This document shows positions 13,201 through 27,300 of a stretch of DNA of 64,000 bases, in pieces (position 1 is the first letter of the stretch; each line of letters opens with the position of its first letter). Position numbers and translations under genes: made by a program. The stretch spans positions 48,174,001-48,238,000 of the forward strand of contig NW_025963890.1 in assembly GCF_023055435.1 (NCBI RefSeq), in the 5' to 3' direction. The stretch comes from Haliotis rufescens. Lineage: Eukaryota. Under the pieces are notes generated by a model. That model saw only the letters and a list, made by a program, of their open reading frames with translations, was not told where the DNA came from and did not search any database.

Positions 13201-13362
13201 GGGGAGGTCGGGTAGCCTTGTGGTTAAAGCGTTTGCTCGTCATGCCGAAGACCCGGGTTCGACTCCCGACATAGGTACTATGTGTGAAGCCCATTTCTGG
13301 TGTCCCCCACCGTGATATTGCTGGAATATTGCTAAAAGTAGCGTAAAACCATGCTCACTTGC
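13201..13362 (+). mobile_element. SINE family A, full length
   Basis: A/B boxes (TAGCCTTGTGG, GGTTCGACTCCC) and a 12-bp TSD TCGTATGTGTCC. Confidence 0.85.
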
Positions 13363-13397
13363 TCGTATGTGTCCGGACTGATAACGTTTGCCAAGAC

Positions 13398-13627
13398 ACC
13401 CGTGAAGATCCAGGTTAGAATAGGTCTTCAACAACCCATGCTTGCCGTTAAAGGCGACTAACAGGATCAGGTGGTCAAGGTTTATGCATCTTGTATCCTA
13501 ATTGCGTTGATCAATGCTCATGATGTCAGTCACTGGATTGTCTGGACCAGATTCAATTATTTACCAACCACCATCATATATAGATTGAATACTGCTGAGT
13601 TGCGTCAAATAAAAAAAACAAAAAAAC
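13398..13627 (+). mobile_element. SINE-like family D, near full length
   Basis: Head CCCGTGAAGATCCAGGTTAGAATAGGTCTTCAACAACCCATGCTTGCCGTTAAAGGCGACTAA, family body, and an A-rich tail. Confidence 0.85.
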
Positions 13628-13639
13628 TTATCCCATGAA

Positions 13640-13752
13640 TGATCATGTCTGGACTGATCACATGTGTCCTGACTGATCATGTGTCTGGACCGATCACGTG
13701 TGTCCTGACTGATCATGTGTCTGGACCAATCACGTGTGTCCTGATTGATCAT
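13640..13752. repeat. ~36-bp tandem repeat, ~3 copies
   Basis: Unit TGATCATGTGTCTGGACCGATCACGTGTGTCCTGAC. Related units at 13149-13200 are interrupted by the two SINEs. Confidence 0.75.
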
Positions 13753-15331
13753 TATCCTTTGCACAGGCTACAACTGAGTAAATACATTTTTAACAAATTA
13801 TGGCACATTTCAAAATCCAGTTACCTCCTCCCCCAGGTTGATTTTTGCTGCAAGGATGGGTTGACCAGCCAGTTACCTCCTCACTGACCACTCTCTCCAC
13901 CCCAAGAGTGCTAAGGTGTATTGTGGATAACAATGAATTGTATGCTAAAATAGTGGTTACTATTTGGGGGATGTTAGTGACATATAGCAGTAGTAACTCT
14001 TATGTAAGAATACATTCACCTTCCCACAATGTGAACTTCCTGGCACCATTCAAGTTCAGTAATTCATTGAGCAGGCCTGACTTGATAAACAGTTAAAATT
14101 CTGACCTATGAAATTAAAGCTTTGGTGGTGTAGAACGCAGGTTAGGAATACTCCAGCACACAAAATCTTCACCCACAGAATTTCCACTAAAAATAATATC
14201 TCAGGAAAAGAGAAATAAAAGGCGAGGTAATATTAAAATAATTTATTAAATTAGGATGTTATGTACATAACAAAACTATAAAACATTTAAAAACAAATCT
14301 ACATATATCTGGCCTGTGAGTCATGGAGGAAATCGCTGACATTCGTTGAACATGTGAGAACCATCTCAAAACTATGAACATACTTTATCAAAATTGTCAA
14401 TGTGGCAGTTCAAAAACAAACATTCTTCAGTGAATTGTGACTTAAACATTCATATTTTCTGGACGTGCAACGATACAGAAAGTCCTGATACTTGATATCT
14501 GACGCGATGTAATACTTATTGTAATACTTATCTCAACACAACAATAATGAAGCCTTTCAAAACACCTTTCCCTTATTTAAGAGTATTACTTACGTTAAAT
14601 GACAAACTCAGGGCCTTCCATAGAGTGGCAGCAGGCAGAGCTAGGACTGAAGTACTAAAGGCCTGCTTGTTAATATCATTTCAGATATCAGATGTAGTGT
14701 ATCATGAGTAATCCTTGTTCCATTTGTATAATTTCATGAAAGAAGGGACTTCAACTGCCTTAACTACTGAACACACAAAGACACTCAAAGTACCAATGCA
14801 CATAATATCTGAATAGAAAAATATCACAGTCAAGGAAAATATACAATTAAAACATCCTTTCTGTCACACATCTTCCATATTGATCACATGCACACACACC
14901 TCCGACAAGAGAGAATATCAATTTATGTCAAAAGTCTGAGGAACACTTGCATCCAACAAGCACACAAACTCCTAAACGTGATTTTCAACTGTGTTTGCAT
15001 TTAGTCTACAAGCAGTTTTGGAAGCCCATATTTTATCTTTGGACAATGGCCTTGTCAGAAAATGCTTACAAATACATTTATCATTCGTTACTTTGACAAA
15101 GACTTCTAACCATATGCTGAAAGGAATGTTCTTCGTACAGTCTACCTAGTATTGAAGTGATTCTATTCATTTAGATAATATCCTAAGACAAAATATCTAT
15201 GTAATCATAATATTGTGCCAATAAAAACATTAACTATAATAGATATCACAATTATATTTGAGTATGAGAAATATATTTTCTATTATTTCTAATCTAAATA
15301 ATTTATTTATTGAACCTAAAATAAGCCATTA

Positions 15332-18300
15332 CTATAACAGCTTTGGCATTTGCCTAAGTTTATCTATGTCTAGAATATTGTCTGTTGACTCTGTTGTATT
15401 AAACACTTGAAATTCACTAGTGTTCGTGCTAGGGTATCTATGCTGGTTCAGGGGCTCCTCATACCGCCTGCAATGATTGGGTAACCCTGGTGAGGAATCC
15501 TCTTCTCTGTGGACTATATGTTGAGGCGATACATGGCGCTTTATTGGAGATGTTGGATAATGCCTTCTTGGGTCTTGAGGTGACGGCGAGTATGCCACAA
15601 AGTCTTTCTTGATAGGACTCTTTGACCCATTACTGCTACTGGAATACCCAGAGTAGTTGTCAACTCTGTTCGTCCTTTCACATAATGGACTTCGTACATC
15701 TGTGCTGTGGTCCCTTGAGCGGCCTGCTAGGGAAGCTACATTGAGTTGACTGTCCCCTCTTAATCGATCTGGGGAAGCTGCTATACTGTAGTCTACCTTT
15801 AACTGAAGTGTTTCATAAGTTACAGTTTCATCTGTTAAAGCCGTACCATTAGTGGAGTTCAACAAGCCATATTTCTCTAAATACTTCCGTGTTCCCATGG
15901 TAACGTTGTTGGAGGACATACCATATTGTGACACATCTGGGGACATGGTGGTGTCTGACATGAGGACTCTTCGCAGCAGTGCATTCTGGGATACCTGTTT
16001 GGGAAGGTTGAGGGAGTTCTTTCTCAGTTTGCCCAGCTGTGTGAGTTGTTCATCATTCAGGTACTTGAGAGCCATGGCGTTGATCTCCATGGATGTGTCG
16101 GAGTCAGAGTCCAGCATCATGGACAGATAGTTGATGCGGGGGATGAAGGTTGTGTCGGCTCCATTTCTCAACCTGGAAACAAATAAGTGATTGGTCAGAT
16201 TTGTGACTCATCAGTTTTACTCTAGATATTTTCAAGTTCTTCCAAAAACAGAAGCGGCCCCATCACCGCCATTTGCTCAGAGTTTCTAAAGTCAGATGAA
16301 ATGCTTCCAGCATAAAAAACATTACTGTATATTCTTGATTACAGTGCGCACCCAAGTATAATGCGCACGCCCCTCTAGCAGATTCAGTATTTATGAAAAT
16401 AAATATTCCTATATTATGCGCATAAAAAAATTACACCAGACCCCTTCAGCGAATTACGGTAAACGAACGGGTGATAAGAAACTTGGTCAGAACAAATTTG
16501 AAATTTGACATACAAAATCACCAGACATGTTGATCTACTGTTTAAATTGTACTTTTGTTCTGCTAGGCATTGTTTCACATCCAGGGCTTAAGATTATCGA
16601 ATATTCTCGTAAACTAAGCCGGAAACATCAATCATATGTACACATGTTTTCTTGGATTCTACTGGTGATTCGGTTAAAACGTACCCAATGATATAACTTT
16701 AAAGGCTTGTAATGCAAGGATCGGGAAAATTGTACCTGAAACTATTTTTTTATCAGGAATAATATATTCTTATATTATGTTATTTTAGTTGCAGCTTTAA
16801 TTAAATATCGTATTTCCGATGTTACGTGATCATGGTAATGTCTTTGCGTTGGGGAGAAAAAACATCAAAACTCATTATTGCGTGTATAATGTGCACCGCC
16901 TTCTACACAGCTGTGTTTTTTGGGGAAAAGTGTGCACTATACTCAAGAAAATACGGTACTTCCATGAGTGGAAATTTATCAGGACAATGTTTTCAGATGC
17001 AGCAACGACCAGTCTCAGGGTTGTACAAGTAAAGATGCAACAGTAACTGGCACTGAATGATACAACCACTCGTCACAATAAACATGACTTTAGGAGACAT
17101 GCCAACAAGATGTACATGGTGCAGGCAGACCAAGAATCATAATCAGGTCTACCTGAACGTAATGCCATGACCAGCAGATTCTTGGAGCAAAGAGTTGACA
17201 AGTACCAGTACACCATGACTCATATCATACTAAAACAACAACCAAGCTCTGTAGTTGTATCTGATATTCACTTACTGTAAGTGAGACAGAAGTGCGTGTG
17301 CAGGTCCGCCAGACCCTGAGGCCTTGCTGCTGGGTGTGGCAGGGAGACTGGGCAGGATTGTGTCCCCTTGAGTGGAGTCAGGCAGCTTCATCTGCAGATC
17401 AGTTGTCTCACTGGTGTCCCCTGTCATATCACTGTGCTTACCCAACAACTGTCGGATATTGCCCTGGAGGAAAGAGGGAGGGAGGAATAGTTAGTCAGTG
17501 CCTTAGAAATCTCTTCATTAATCCTAACAGGTACAAAAAGATAAAGACATATGCATCATGCTAAACACTGTTATATTAATAAATCCAAGCACAATAATGC
17601 AAAATACGATGATCATCAGTATCAGCAGACAGGAGTAAGAAATTCACATGATATGAAGCAACAATAACTTCTCCAACTAAGTCATCGGATTTTCTACAAA
17701 GGATCTAATATAGATATAGACATAATGAGCTGAAAGGGAACACGGAAATCATCTGATCATATCATTAATTTTAGGAATAATAATGTTTATTACCATTGCT
17801 TAGGGATTTCATTCACTTGTGGTATTTCACTTAATAATATCCAGATTTAACTTAACGCACTATTTAATATACACTTTGTATGCATCTATATGCAGGAGGA
17901 TCTCATTTGCAAAATGTTTATTGATCACAAATGTGTTTCTGCTCCCATCACTATAAACAGATTTTGTATAATAAACTATTTGTTTGTCAACCAATTTTAG
18001 AAACACAAGTGAGCACATCTGAACCTGTTTTATAAAGTACAAAGTGGTAAATAGTTGGTGTTGCTTCAATTCATCTTCACATCTCAATGATCTTACCAGC
18101 AAGTGTTCATAGTAAGCTTCATCCAGAACCTCACTCTCTCCTTCCTCCCCCTGCGAAGACGATTCCTGTAGAATTAAAGTGCATATGTACAACTTTATGA
18201 TATCTAGGACAACAAGTTTAATGTCCGCAATTGTTCGTCTTCTTTACTATTTGGAGTCCTCGTCTTCCGCCTCTAGTAAAACACTCTGCAACAATTCTAT

Positions 18301-21300
18301 TTCTGCTTTAAGACCCAAACTGACTTCTTGGGGGTACTCTTTCCCACAACCTTAAGGCTCCAAAAACTAAAAGACTTGGTTGTCAGGCAATGACTTTTGA
18401 AAATATAGTGGGGGCAGGTGGCCCCCTTTTTTTTGTGGTTCAACCTAGTATGTAACCAAATAAACAGTTGTGTACAATCAACCTGGGAAATGGCCTCCCT
18501 ACATAAATATATTCCTTGATCTGTTGCAATCTCATTAAAATCAGATCTTAGTTCTCGTTATCGCTGAACAAAGATCTGAGGACATCCCATTACGGGTCAC
18601 GTCAGAACGATCTTTCATCCAACCAATCAGAGCGTCGCTTACCAGATCATGAAAGTGACAGACGGAATGTGTTTTCTAATCATGCAACCTTGAAATATTT
18701 AACAGAGGGTAATCCGAACGACCGTAAAGCTCGAGAAAGCTGCCTTCTGATTGGCTAATGTCGATTTCTTGTCATTCATCTCATTGATCGGTCAAAGTTT
18801 GCGAAAGGTCGTTCTGACGTGACCCGTAATGGGATGTCCTCAGATCTTTGTTTAGTGGTAGCGAAAACTAAGATCTGATTTTAATGAGATTGTGATCTGT
18901 TGATGAGTAAAATACTAATAGATTTGTCTCTTATTCCAATCTGAAGCATCTAGTGGTGGTCAGGAAGACCAAGCTTTGTTGCTACATGTATTGCAAAGCA
19001 CAGAACTCAACTTCATTGAATCTTCAAGTTATCGAATGTATGATATCAAGAGAACACAAAAAATCTGCCCTGTTTACCAGCTTTGTGTGCTTAATAGCTG
19101 ATGCATATATGTTTTCATGGTCACCTGTGCCTAATTTTCAAAACAAAATCCAGTGAATTAGTATTAATTTTCTTGACACAATTTTACTATCTCACTATAA
19201 AACAATTATTAGAAAACTTGTGATCATGGAAAAGTCTTACAATACCACAATATACATACATTGCTCTTAATATCAAACAGATTTAAAATAACAAAAATAA
19301 TAGGGTACACTAGAATACAGTATTCGACTACCGTTCGACTACCGTTCGACTACCAATGTGTGCATAATACACGCATACAATGAGCTGCAATTTTATTTCA
19401 AAACGTCTCCATGAGCACATAACACCAGAAGTAGCATGTCAATAAATCTGTACTGAAATACACAAGTTACTCCTGTTACTACCTGTCTATAAACATGTTC
19501 ATTGTTTATTGTTTGTAATCCAATATATTATGTTTATCCAAGATTTCATTCAATTTTGCTTACATTAATTTTGGTGAAATCATGTATGAACTGATCGGCA
19601 AATCACTTCAACTCACCACGAACTCACCTTGAAATATACATTTGTCATTAGAGATACAAAGTCTTCGGTCTTCCTATCACTGTGTTGAAATTTCTTTTCA
19701 TGATATTTGCCATGATATTAAGTATTCCTAAACTAAATCACCCATAGATCAATGAGAAAATGCGTGGACAGCTGATTGCCTTTCAAGCTTATTTTACAAG
19801 ACAAATACACACATAATCTTAATCTCTGCATATGAAACATTGTCTGGCATACTGTACACAAACACCATTGAATTTGTAAATCATCATGCCATGTGATATT
19901 TTATCGTAAATTTCATGTTTAAAAGTACAAAATTTGTAAACGCCAAAACAAGCACACAAGCTTCTACGGTCGCCATGACCATCACACACAGTGCGCATAT
20001 AAAAGGAAGTAACTGCATGCTATATTGGATCATGTTGTTTTTACTAATGCAGCATTTCACTGCCCAGGTGAAAATGGAACTAAAATGATACATACAGCAG
20101 ACTTTATGATGATGCGGCAGTGCCTGAGACCAAGACATTTTTTAGCCTAAGAATACTTTCTGTCATCATAGTTAAATAAGACTGTTTGAAGGCTTACCTT
20201 GCTGTGGCCACACATGCTGGCACTGATGGGGCTTGTCTGATAGCTGCCGTCAAGAGACCCAGAGTCTTTTGGCGAACGACTGGAAATGTCAACAAATATT
20301 AAAGCACAAGGCAAACAAACATTCACATCTGCCAAACATGAAACTGACCAACACCTACACACATACAAGAATACATAAAACACTTACTGCAGCAGACACT
20401 ATTATAACACCAGCATGAACCACAGGTGAGTAAGTAGCAGTATTCTGTTGTAACAAGACATGTCAGCTAAAATGGGAGGTAAGCCCAAAGTGATGCAGGT
20501 CTTGAATATTTAGTACCTTCCTGAATCCTGGGGAAAGGTGCTGACAAACCAAGGGTCATAATCCCGACAAATCTAAATTGGAACCCACAATAACAGGATC
20601 CAGACATGCCTACTGGACAAAGTAGCCACCTGTTCCCAACCTCAGATTAGAAAGAGCTAATTTGAGTAGCATACTGTTACATAGCCCTGCTGCTTAGGTC
20701 TGCCTGCACTGTTTTTTGCATGATTGTGTTGTTAGTGTTACCCACCTGGTAGGTGAAGACTGGTAGCTAGGCATGTCCAGGATGAGCTCGGACTGGACAC
20801 TATCGACTGTCTGATTGTGTAGACCGATGTTGTCCACCACAGCTGTCAGGTCGCCCTGTGTGATGTCATGCTGGTCATTGTCATCTCGCTGTGTGCTGTT
20901 GAGGGGTAGGGCTCCCTTGTGCCGGATCTCCACGGGGGTTTGTGTGGAGCTGCTGGGCTGGGATTCTGGTCCTTGTTGATGGTGGACCATTGTTGAAGAC
21001 TGTGGTGATTTGGTCTTTACTGGACTGGTCTGCAGAGACACTGATTGGACACCATGGCGAAGTGTGGTTTCTCCAGGGCTGGGGAAGAACAGTGTTGTGT
21101 TGACAGCTGTTTCACATGTCTCTCTTGTACTCGGTGACACCCCAATCCCAGATTCCGTTTGAACTGTGTGTGGTGTTGGCGTAGTCTCAACAGGCGACTG
21201 TTGTTTCAAGAGCTGCTGCATCTGAGTTTGTAGTTGCTGAAGTTGAGCATTCTGGGCCAGGATCAACTGATAGATCTCAGGGGGCACCTGTTCCCAGTTT

Positions 21301-24300
21301 ATAGTGTCTATCCCAGAAGGGAGATTAGAGTTGGTCTTGTCTGGTGTGTTGGGGCTGCCTGTTTTAGGAGATGGGTTGGACCTGTCTGGTGTGACACTAA
21401 GACCACTGTCATCACTAGATTTACCACTACAAGTGCTTTCTGTGTGAACTCGACTAGATGAATAGGAAGTGTGGAGCTGAGGTACAAAACCAAGCAGATT
21501 CTGCTGGGGAGGATACCCTGTCGCTTGCTGGGGGTGGTGAGGTATAAGCCCTCCTTGGTGAGGGTTAGGAGTAAAAGCACTATTGAGTTGTGTGTATTGA
21601 GTGGGTACACTGGAAGCCGAGGTAGGTGCTGAGAGTGGAGCAGATGGAGGCTGTGTTGGCTGGGGGTGATACCCCTGGGGTACAGGCACGCTCTGGTGGG
21701 GTAGGTGAGGCCCTGAAGGTGGAATGCTGGTTTGCTGGGCTGTAGGGTGGGGCTTGTGAGAGGGCTGCTGTACATGTGGGAGGGGAAGAGCACTATTTAA
21801 CTGATGAGGAGGTATAACAGAATGCTGTGGAGCATTTCCATTCAAATGTCTTGTTTGATTGTGTGGATAACAGTTCTGGTTAATGTTTAAATCCTGGACA
21901 CTTTGGTTAACATATGCATTCTGAACATGTTGAGTCATTCTAGGATCAACAAAACCCTGTTTGGTACATTGCCTATACTGCTCAGCTTGATTGTAACCCT
22001 GAACGTTATTTTCACATCCACTTGGCACAGAATTCTGCTGGTGTCCATTTTGCATGTAGGGACCCTGATAGTATTGTCCATGCATTACACCACCCATATT
22101 AACACTGTGACCTCCATTCATCATTCTGTGACCCTGAGAAGGTGGAATAGAGTTTGGCTGAGACTCTTCATCCACCCTGGTAAATGCAACATGTTTGTGT
22201 GGTCGGGGTATCCCACTGTGTGACATCTCTGGAAGGCTCCTGGGAGTGGAGGGATCAGCATCAACACCATTTCTTGGTGTCACAGGAGGACTGAACGTCA
22301 TATGCCTGACCAAATCTTGTGGCACTTGTGAGTGCTTGTTAGGCCCCTGACCATGAGATTTACCAGCCTCTGATCGAACAGTGGATGGCATATTTTGTGA
22401 TGGAGAATCAGGAAAATACAAAGAAACCTCGGGTACCATTGGCTGTGCTGAAAACATCTGAAAATGTAAATATTGTTACCATTAATTTTGAAAATCATCT
22501 CTTTTATATAACATCTATTACTTTATCATGTTTATATTAAGGTCCAGCTGAAGAAAGAGCCCAGGCCTCATCGTACAGCGCCCACGGAAGTGAGGACGTC
22601 ACGTATCTTCACATTGCTGCTTGAATCATAACATCTGAAGACATCCTGGGGAGGCAGATCTGCTAAGGGTGGGCCCTTAGACGTAGTAATGCAGGATAAA
22701 TATACAAATGTGAAAAATATATTTAGATTATACTAATTTTTTTCTAACTTATCCTGCATTACTCTGTACGGTGGTGGGCATACTTTCAGATGTGGTCCTG
22801 AGAACGTCTAGGCAGCTGTCCAGCACATCACTTGTGAAGATCGGCAGCCACTTGTCCAATCCTGTCCGTGGAAAGAACAATAGTTTAAGGAGGTCCAGGT
22901 AAAATGCAGCAATAGAAAACAGCTTGCCCTAGAGTCTGAAAACTGACTTACCGGGCCAGTGCTGGCTCTGGACAGATGGAGGTGTTATTGGCATATAGGA
23001 TTGGTGACCTGCCCGAGGACCCAAGGACCAAAACTGTGTACACTTTTGACGTCTTCCAAGGCCATGTCCCTCAGTTCAGATCTCCAAAAGCATCCTTCCA
23101 TGATGGCTCTGATGTATCAATTACAGTGGAGAGCCACCATAGAGGCGACTGGCCGATCTCATGAGGATTGTTGACTCTAGGAGGATAAAGGCCAGCGGCC
23201 TCATACGGCTGAAGGATGATGGCACGTAACCACAGGGATACGATATTGTGGCTAACTTCAGTCATTGATGTCAAGAAGACCTGAATGAACAGCCGTTTCC
23301 GGGCACCACGTAGAGTCTTGGAGCAATGGATAAAAACACATAGTTCTTCATCTTCAAAGCCCACAATTGAGGAGAGTGGTCGTATGGTGAAGGACCTGTC
23401 AGGTTGTCCTGGGAGTTAATTTTTGGCAACGAAGTCCAGGCACAGTCCGAGGTGAACTGCTCCCTGCGCTGTCCTAAAAGCGGACACGGGTAATGTCAAG
23501 CGCGTGTAGCTCGCTGACCCTTCCAACTGTAGCCAACACTAAGAGGAAGATCCTTTTCTTGGTGAGGTTAAAGAAGGAAGTTGCATGGAGAGGCTTGAAA
23601 CGCAGAAACCAAAGTACCATGTTCAGATCCCATGCGGGTGGATGAAACTTGGCCTTCTGATGGGGTCTTTTCCTTGCAGAAGGTTTCAAAATAGCGCCTC
23701 ATCATAAAGGCTCCAGGTTATTGTCTGGTCCTCTAGGGCACACCTCAACCCTGTAGTGAGGCATCTACGAACAGGCGTGACGTTAGTAACAGTTCTGTTA
23801 AGGAAACATTCAACCATCCACCACCTGAGATGTGGCATGCGTCTTATGTACAGTGCTAGGAACTGTGTCCTCTGATCATCAGGTCCTGGGCTGATGTAAG
23901 CAGCCCCAAAAGCACCTGCCACTGACGAAGTGTGAGGGATTGCTGAAGGCCAGGTATCAGATGGCACAGTACCTTGAAGCATCTGTCTTGTGGAACCATT
24001 AGGAGGTCCAAGTCTGTCTGAAACTGGCCTCCTATAAATTTCTATGATCAGGTGAGTTTCAACTTCATCTCGTTGACCATCCATCCCAGCTGATGGAGCA
24101 GGCACCTGGTAAAATCCTGGTGAAGGAGCAGGGTCACCGATCAGGATGGCTCAGTAGACAATCGTCTATAAAGAATTGGAATCGAATGTTCCTCAGGTGG
24201 AGGTAGGAGGCCACTGGCTTGGTGATGCAAGTAAATAGCCACAGGGCCGCTGAAATGCCAATTGTGACAACTGCGTATTGGTAGTGGACACCTTTGAATT

Positions 24301-27300
24301 GGAACCTGAGGAATCAGCACTCGTTGGGATGGATAGATACATGCAGGTACACATCCTGCAAATCAAGAGTGATCAGGTAATCGTTGGCCTTGATTCTAGT
24401 CCTGAGCAGTCTTAGAGTTGTCATTTGGAAGTATGGAGGACGTTCTAGGTATAGCTTGTTGAATATGGCTAGATTGTGTATCATTCACATCTTGTCCGAG
24501 CGAGTCCTTCTAAAGAGTAAAAACAAAGATCGACGGCTGGGACATAACAAAAGGGGTCTCTGGAGTCTCCTCTACAACAGATTCATGTGAGTCCAACATC
24601 ATCCTTTTGTGCCATTGGGGCTGCTGTGTAAGGCTCTTTCTGGATGCCTGGATATACTTGGTAAAGCAGGTAAAGCAGGTAAAGCAGGTAAAGCAGGAGA
24701 TCAAAAGTGACACTTCTGTCCCATCAAACAGATACTAGTACAATCAAGACACCGTGGATGATGGTCCTCAAGTGACTTTTTTCCACGACAATGGACGCAA
24801 CAAGGCAAACATAAATCTGCAATCAAAGCAGAAGTTGCAACGACCAAATGAACTCAAATATAAGGGATAATAATCCAATGTTTGAACCCAATTTCTGGGG
24901 TTAAAGGATTACAGTGATGCTGTTTAACATGTAAACACAAGTTAGAAGCAAAGGAGAGGCTTTAGGTAAGCAATACCAAGCCATAAATAAGAACAGAAAA
25001 CGCGTGCCTCCATGTACGATACCACACAAAATGGCGGACTGGAACAACAAACCACATAAGAATTACGATGACAAGTCACCCTCACATTGAAAATATTAAT
25101 GCTCTGGCAAAAATACATGGCAGAACATGAAAACACCAACTGGATGATCGGAGATATTCACATATACTGTAAATCGTGAAATTAATGCGTCCCCAAAAGA
25201 ATGCGACCACTGGACCCTAGCCAAAAATGTGACTCAATATGAATGCGACACCCCCTCCTCTCAAGCATCAGTGGATTTCTATCTTAAGATGTCCTCAGTC
25301 AGGTTTAGAATCCTCACCTTAATCCAATCACACACCAAATAACACACTTATTAGTGCTATGTAAAGTACTTCCGCAAAAACAATACATGCGCGCTGGCTC
25401 ATGTCGGCCTTTGACGTAGTCGCAAAGAACAAAGGGTGGCGTCTGCCTGGACTTGCAGGTGTGATCAGTGATGACATAAGTGAGTAGAACTCTTGTCTTG
25501 ACCCCAGCAGTGACAATTCACAGGACGTAATTAGTGTTTGAATGACATTGTTTATATACTTGTGCTGCTCAATAAACAGTGGTGTGGAATACATCAGCGT
25601 ATGTCTAATTTGGTATTTTTGCTATCCAATATGTTATTGTTGATATAAATGCGATGTTTAAAAATGTGAGCAAAGACCACTCGCATTTTTCACATTTAAT
25701 TCACGGTCGCGTTAATTTCAAGATTTACAGTATTTCATAAATAATGTAAAAAACAGGTAACACAAATTTGCTGGACAAATTTATTGAACAGTCAGTCTGG
25801 TGACAACCAGTAATATGAAGATAGTGATGTCATCACTTCCGTGGTCATGTCGTGCGAACGGGTCTGCATTGCAACTGGTTCGAACAACTATTTCTTCAGC
25901 TGGACCTCACACAACTTCATTCATGGGGTCTTTGGACTGACCACCTACAACCAAACCAAACTCGAAGACCCTAGAACATCGCTTAGTTTCTAACACTGTC
26001 TAGGCTTACCCTGGCCTGATGTGGAGCTGGCATTGATCTGGGCACAATATCTTCTGAACCTGTACCACGCTCTTCTTTCTGGGTCTGGGGACACACTTCA
26101 CTCCTGCTTCAACATAAACACTCATCTATACTAGTTTTCACAACATGACAAATATAATGATAAGAATGTAAATCTTAACATCAAGGTGGACAAGCTTAGG
26201 ACTATTAAGAACTACATCAACATGATCAAGGCTGAAAACATAAAACGTTTCATCTTTAAACAAAACTTGGAAACAGTGACACAGTCAAACCCTTTATTTT
26301 TGTAAAAACATTAGTAGATACCTAGTCATGATTGTTTTCTTAGTTTTCTCACTCTGACTTGACTGATATGAACACAAACCAATAACCAAGGATTGTTCCA
26401 TATTTTCAACACAGGGATCTAGGTATTATGTATAAGAGCAACTCCGACTCACATTGGCTGTTTACAGTGGGTGAGGGCGGCATCGAACAATTCCCGCTTC
26501 TTCCCCTGCTGGACACTGGTCAGCTCACACTCCAGAAGGCCATTCTGTAGACTCACGGAACTCTACAAGGCAACACACTGACCATCAGTCTCTTGTCCCC
26601 AGTGTATCCAGTCTAATCTCTATCATACCATGATTACTTGAATCAATTTGCAGGCTAAAGTCAGCTCAATTTTTTATTCTTCGCAGGGACAAAATTTACC
26701 AATGTGAGGAATCAAACCCAATCTTGTGCATGTTCAGCTGGACTAACAGTCTGACCAATGGGATGAGGTAGGTCCCTTACTGGTTTGATGTTCTCTATCA
26801 GAAAGTGATCATGAAAGAGTGAGTGAGTATGGTTTTACGCCGCTTTTAGCAATATTCCAGCAATATCACGGCAGGGGACACCAGAAATGGGCTTCACACA
26901 TTCTACCCATGTCGGGAATCGAACCCTGGGTCTTCGGCGTGACGAGCGAACCACTCTTACCACTAGGCTACCCGACCGCCCCTGATCATGAAAGAAGATA
27001 AACTGCAAATCACTGTTATCAATACAGCTATGATTCATGATTGTTTGTTGTTGTTTAATGCCACAGTGTGGACATTCCAGTGATCTATGTTGTGATAAAC
27101 GGTCGACTATCAGGGTACGATGACAGGCAATCAACCAAGTCACCGAGTCTGACAACCCAATCCACTTAGTCACCAGCATAGGTTGTTAGGTACCTAGTCT
27201 AACCTGGGGTTGCCACAGGGTATATAATTCTCGAAAGAAATGTCTTACTGTGTTGAGGTTTGTTGCTTCATATCCACCATACAGGTCAAAGCTGATCTTG

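Noticed and set aside
13398-13468. Calling the family D head an HDV-like, hammerhead, twister or pistol ribozyme
   Set aside because: Helix order and conserved core nucleotides did not fit these classes by manual inspection, so it is kept only as an unclassified candidate.
20694-22457. 587-aa and 279-aa (15332..16171) ORFs as stand-alone genes
   Set aside because: They are the large internal and last exons of STIL, joined by phase-consistent splice sites.
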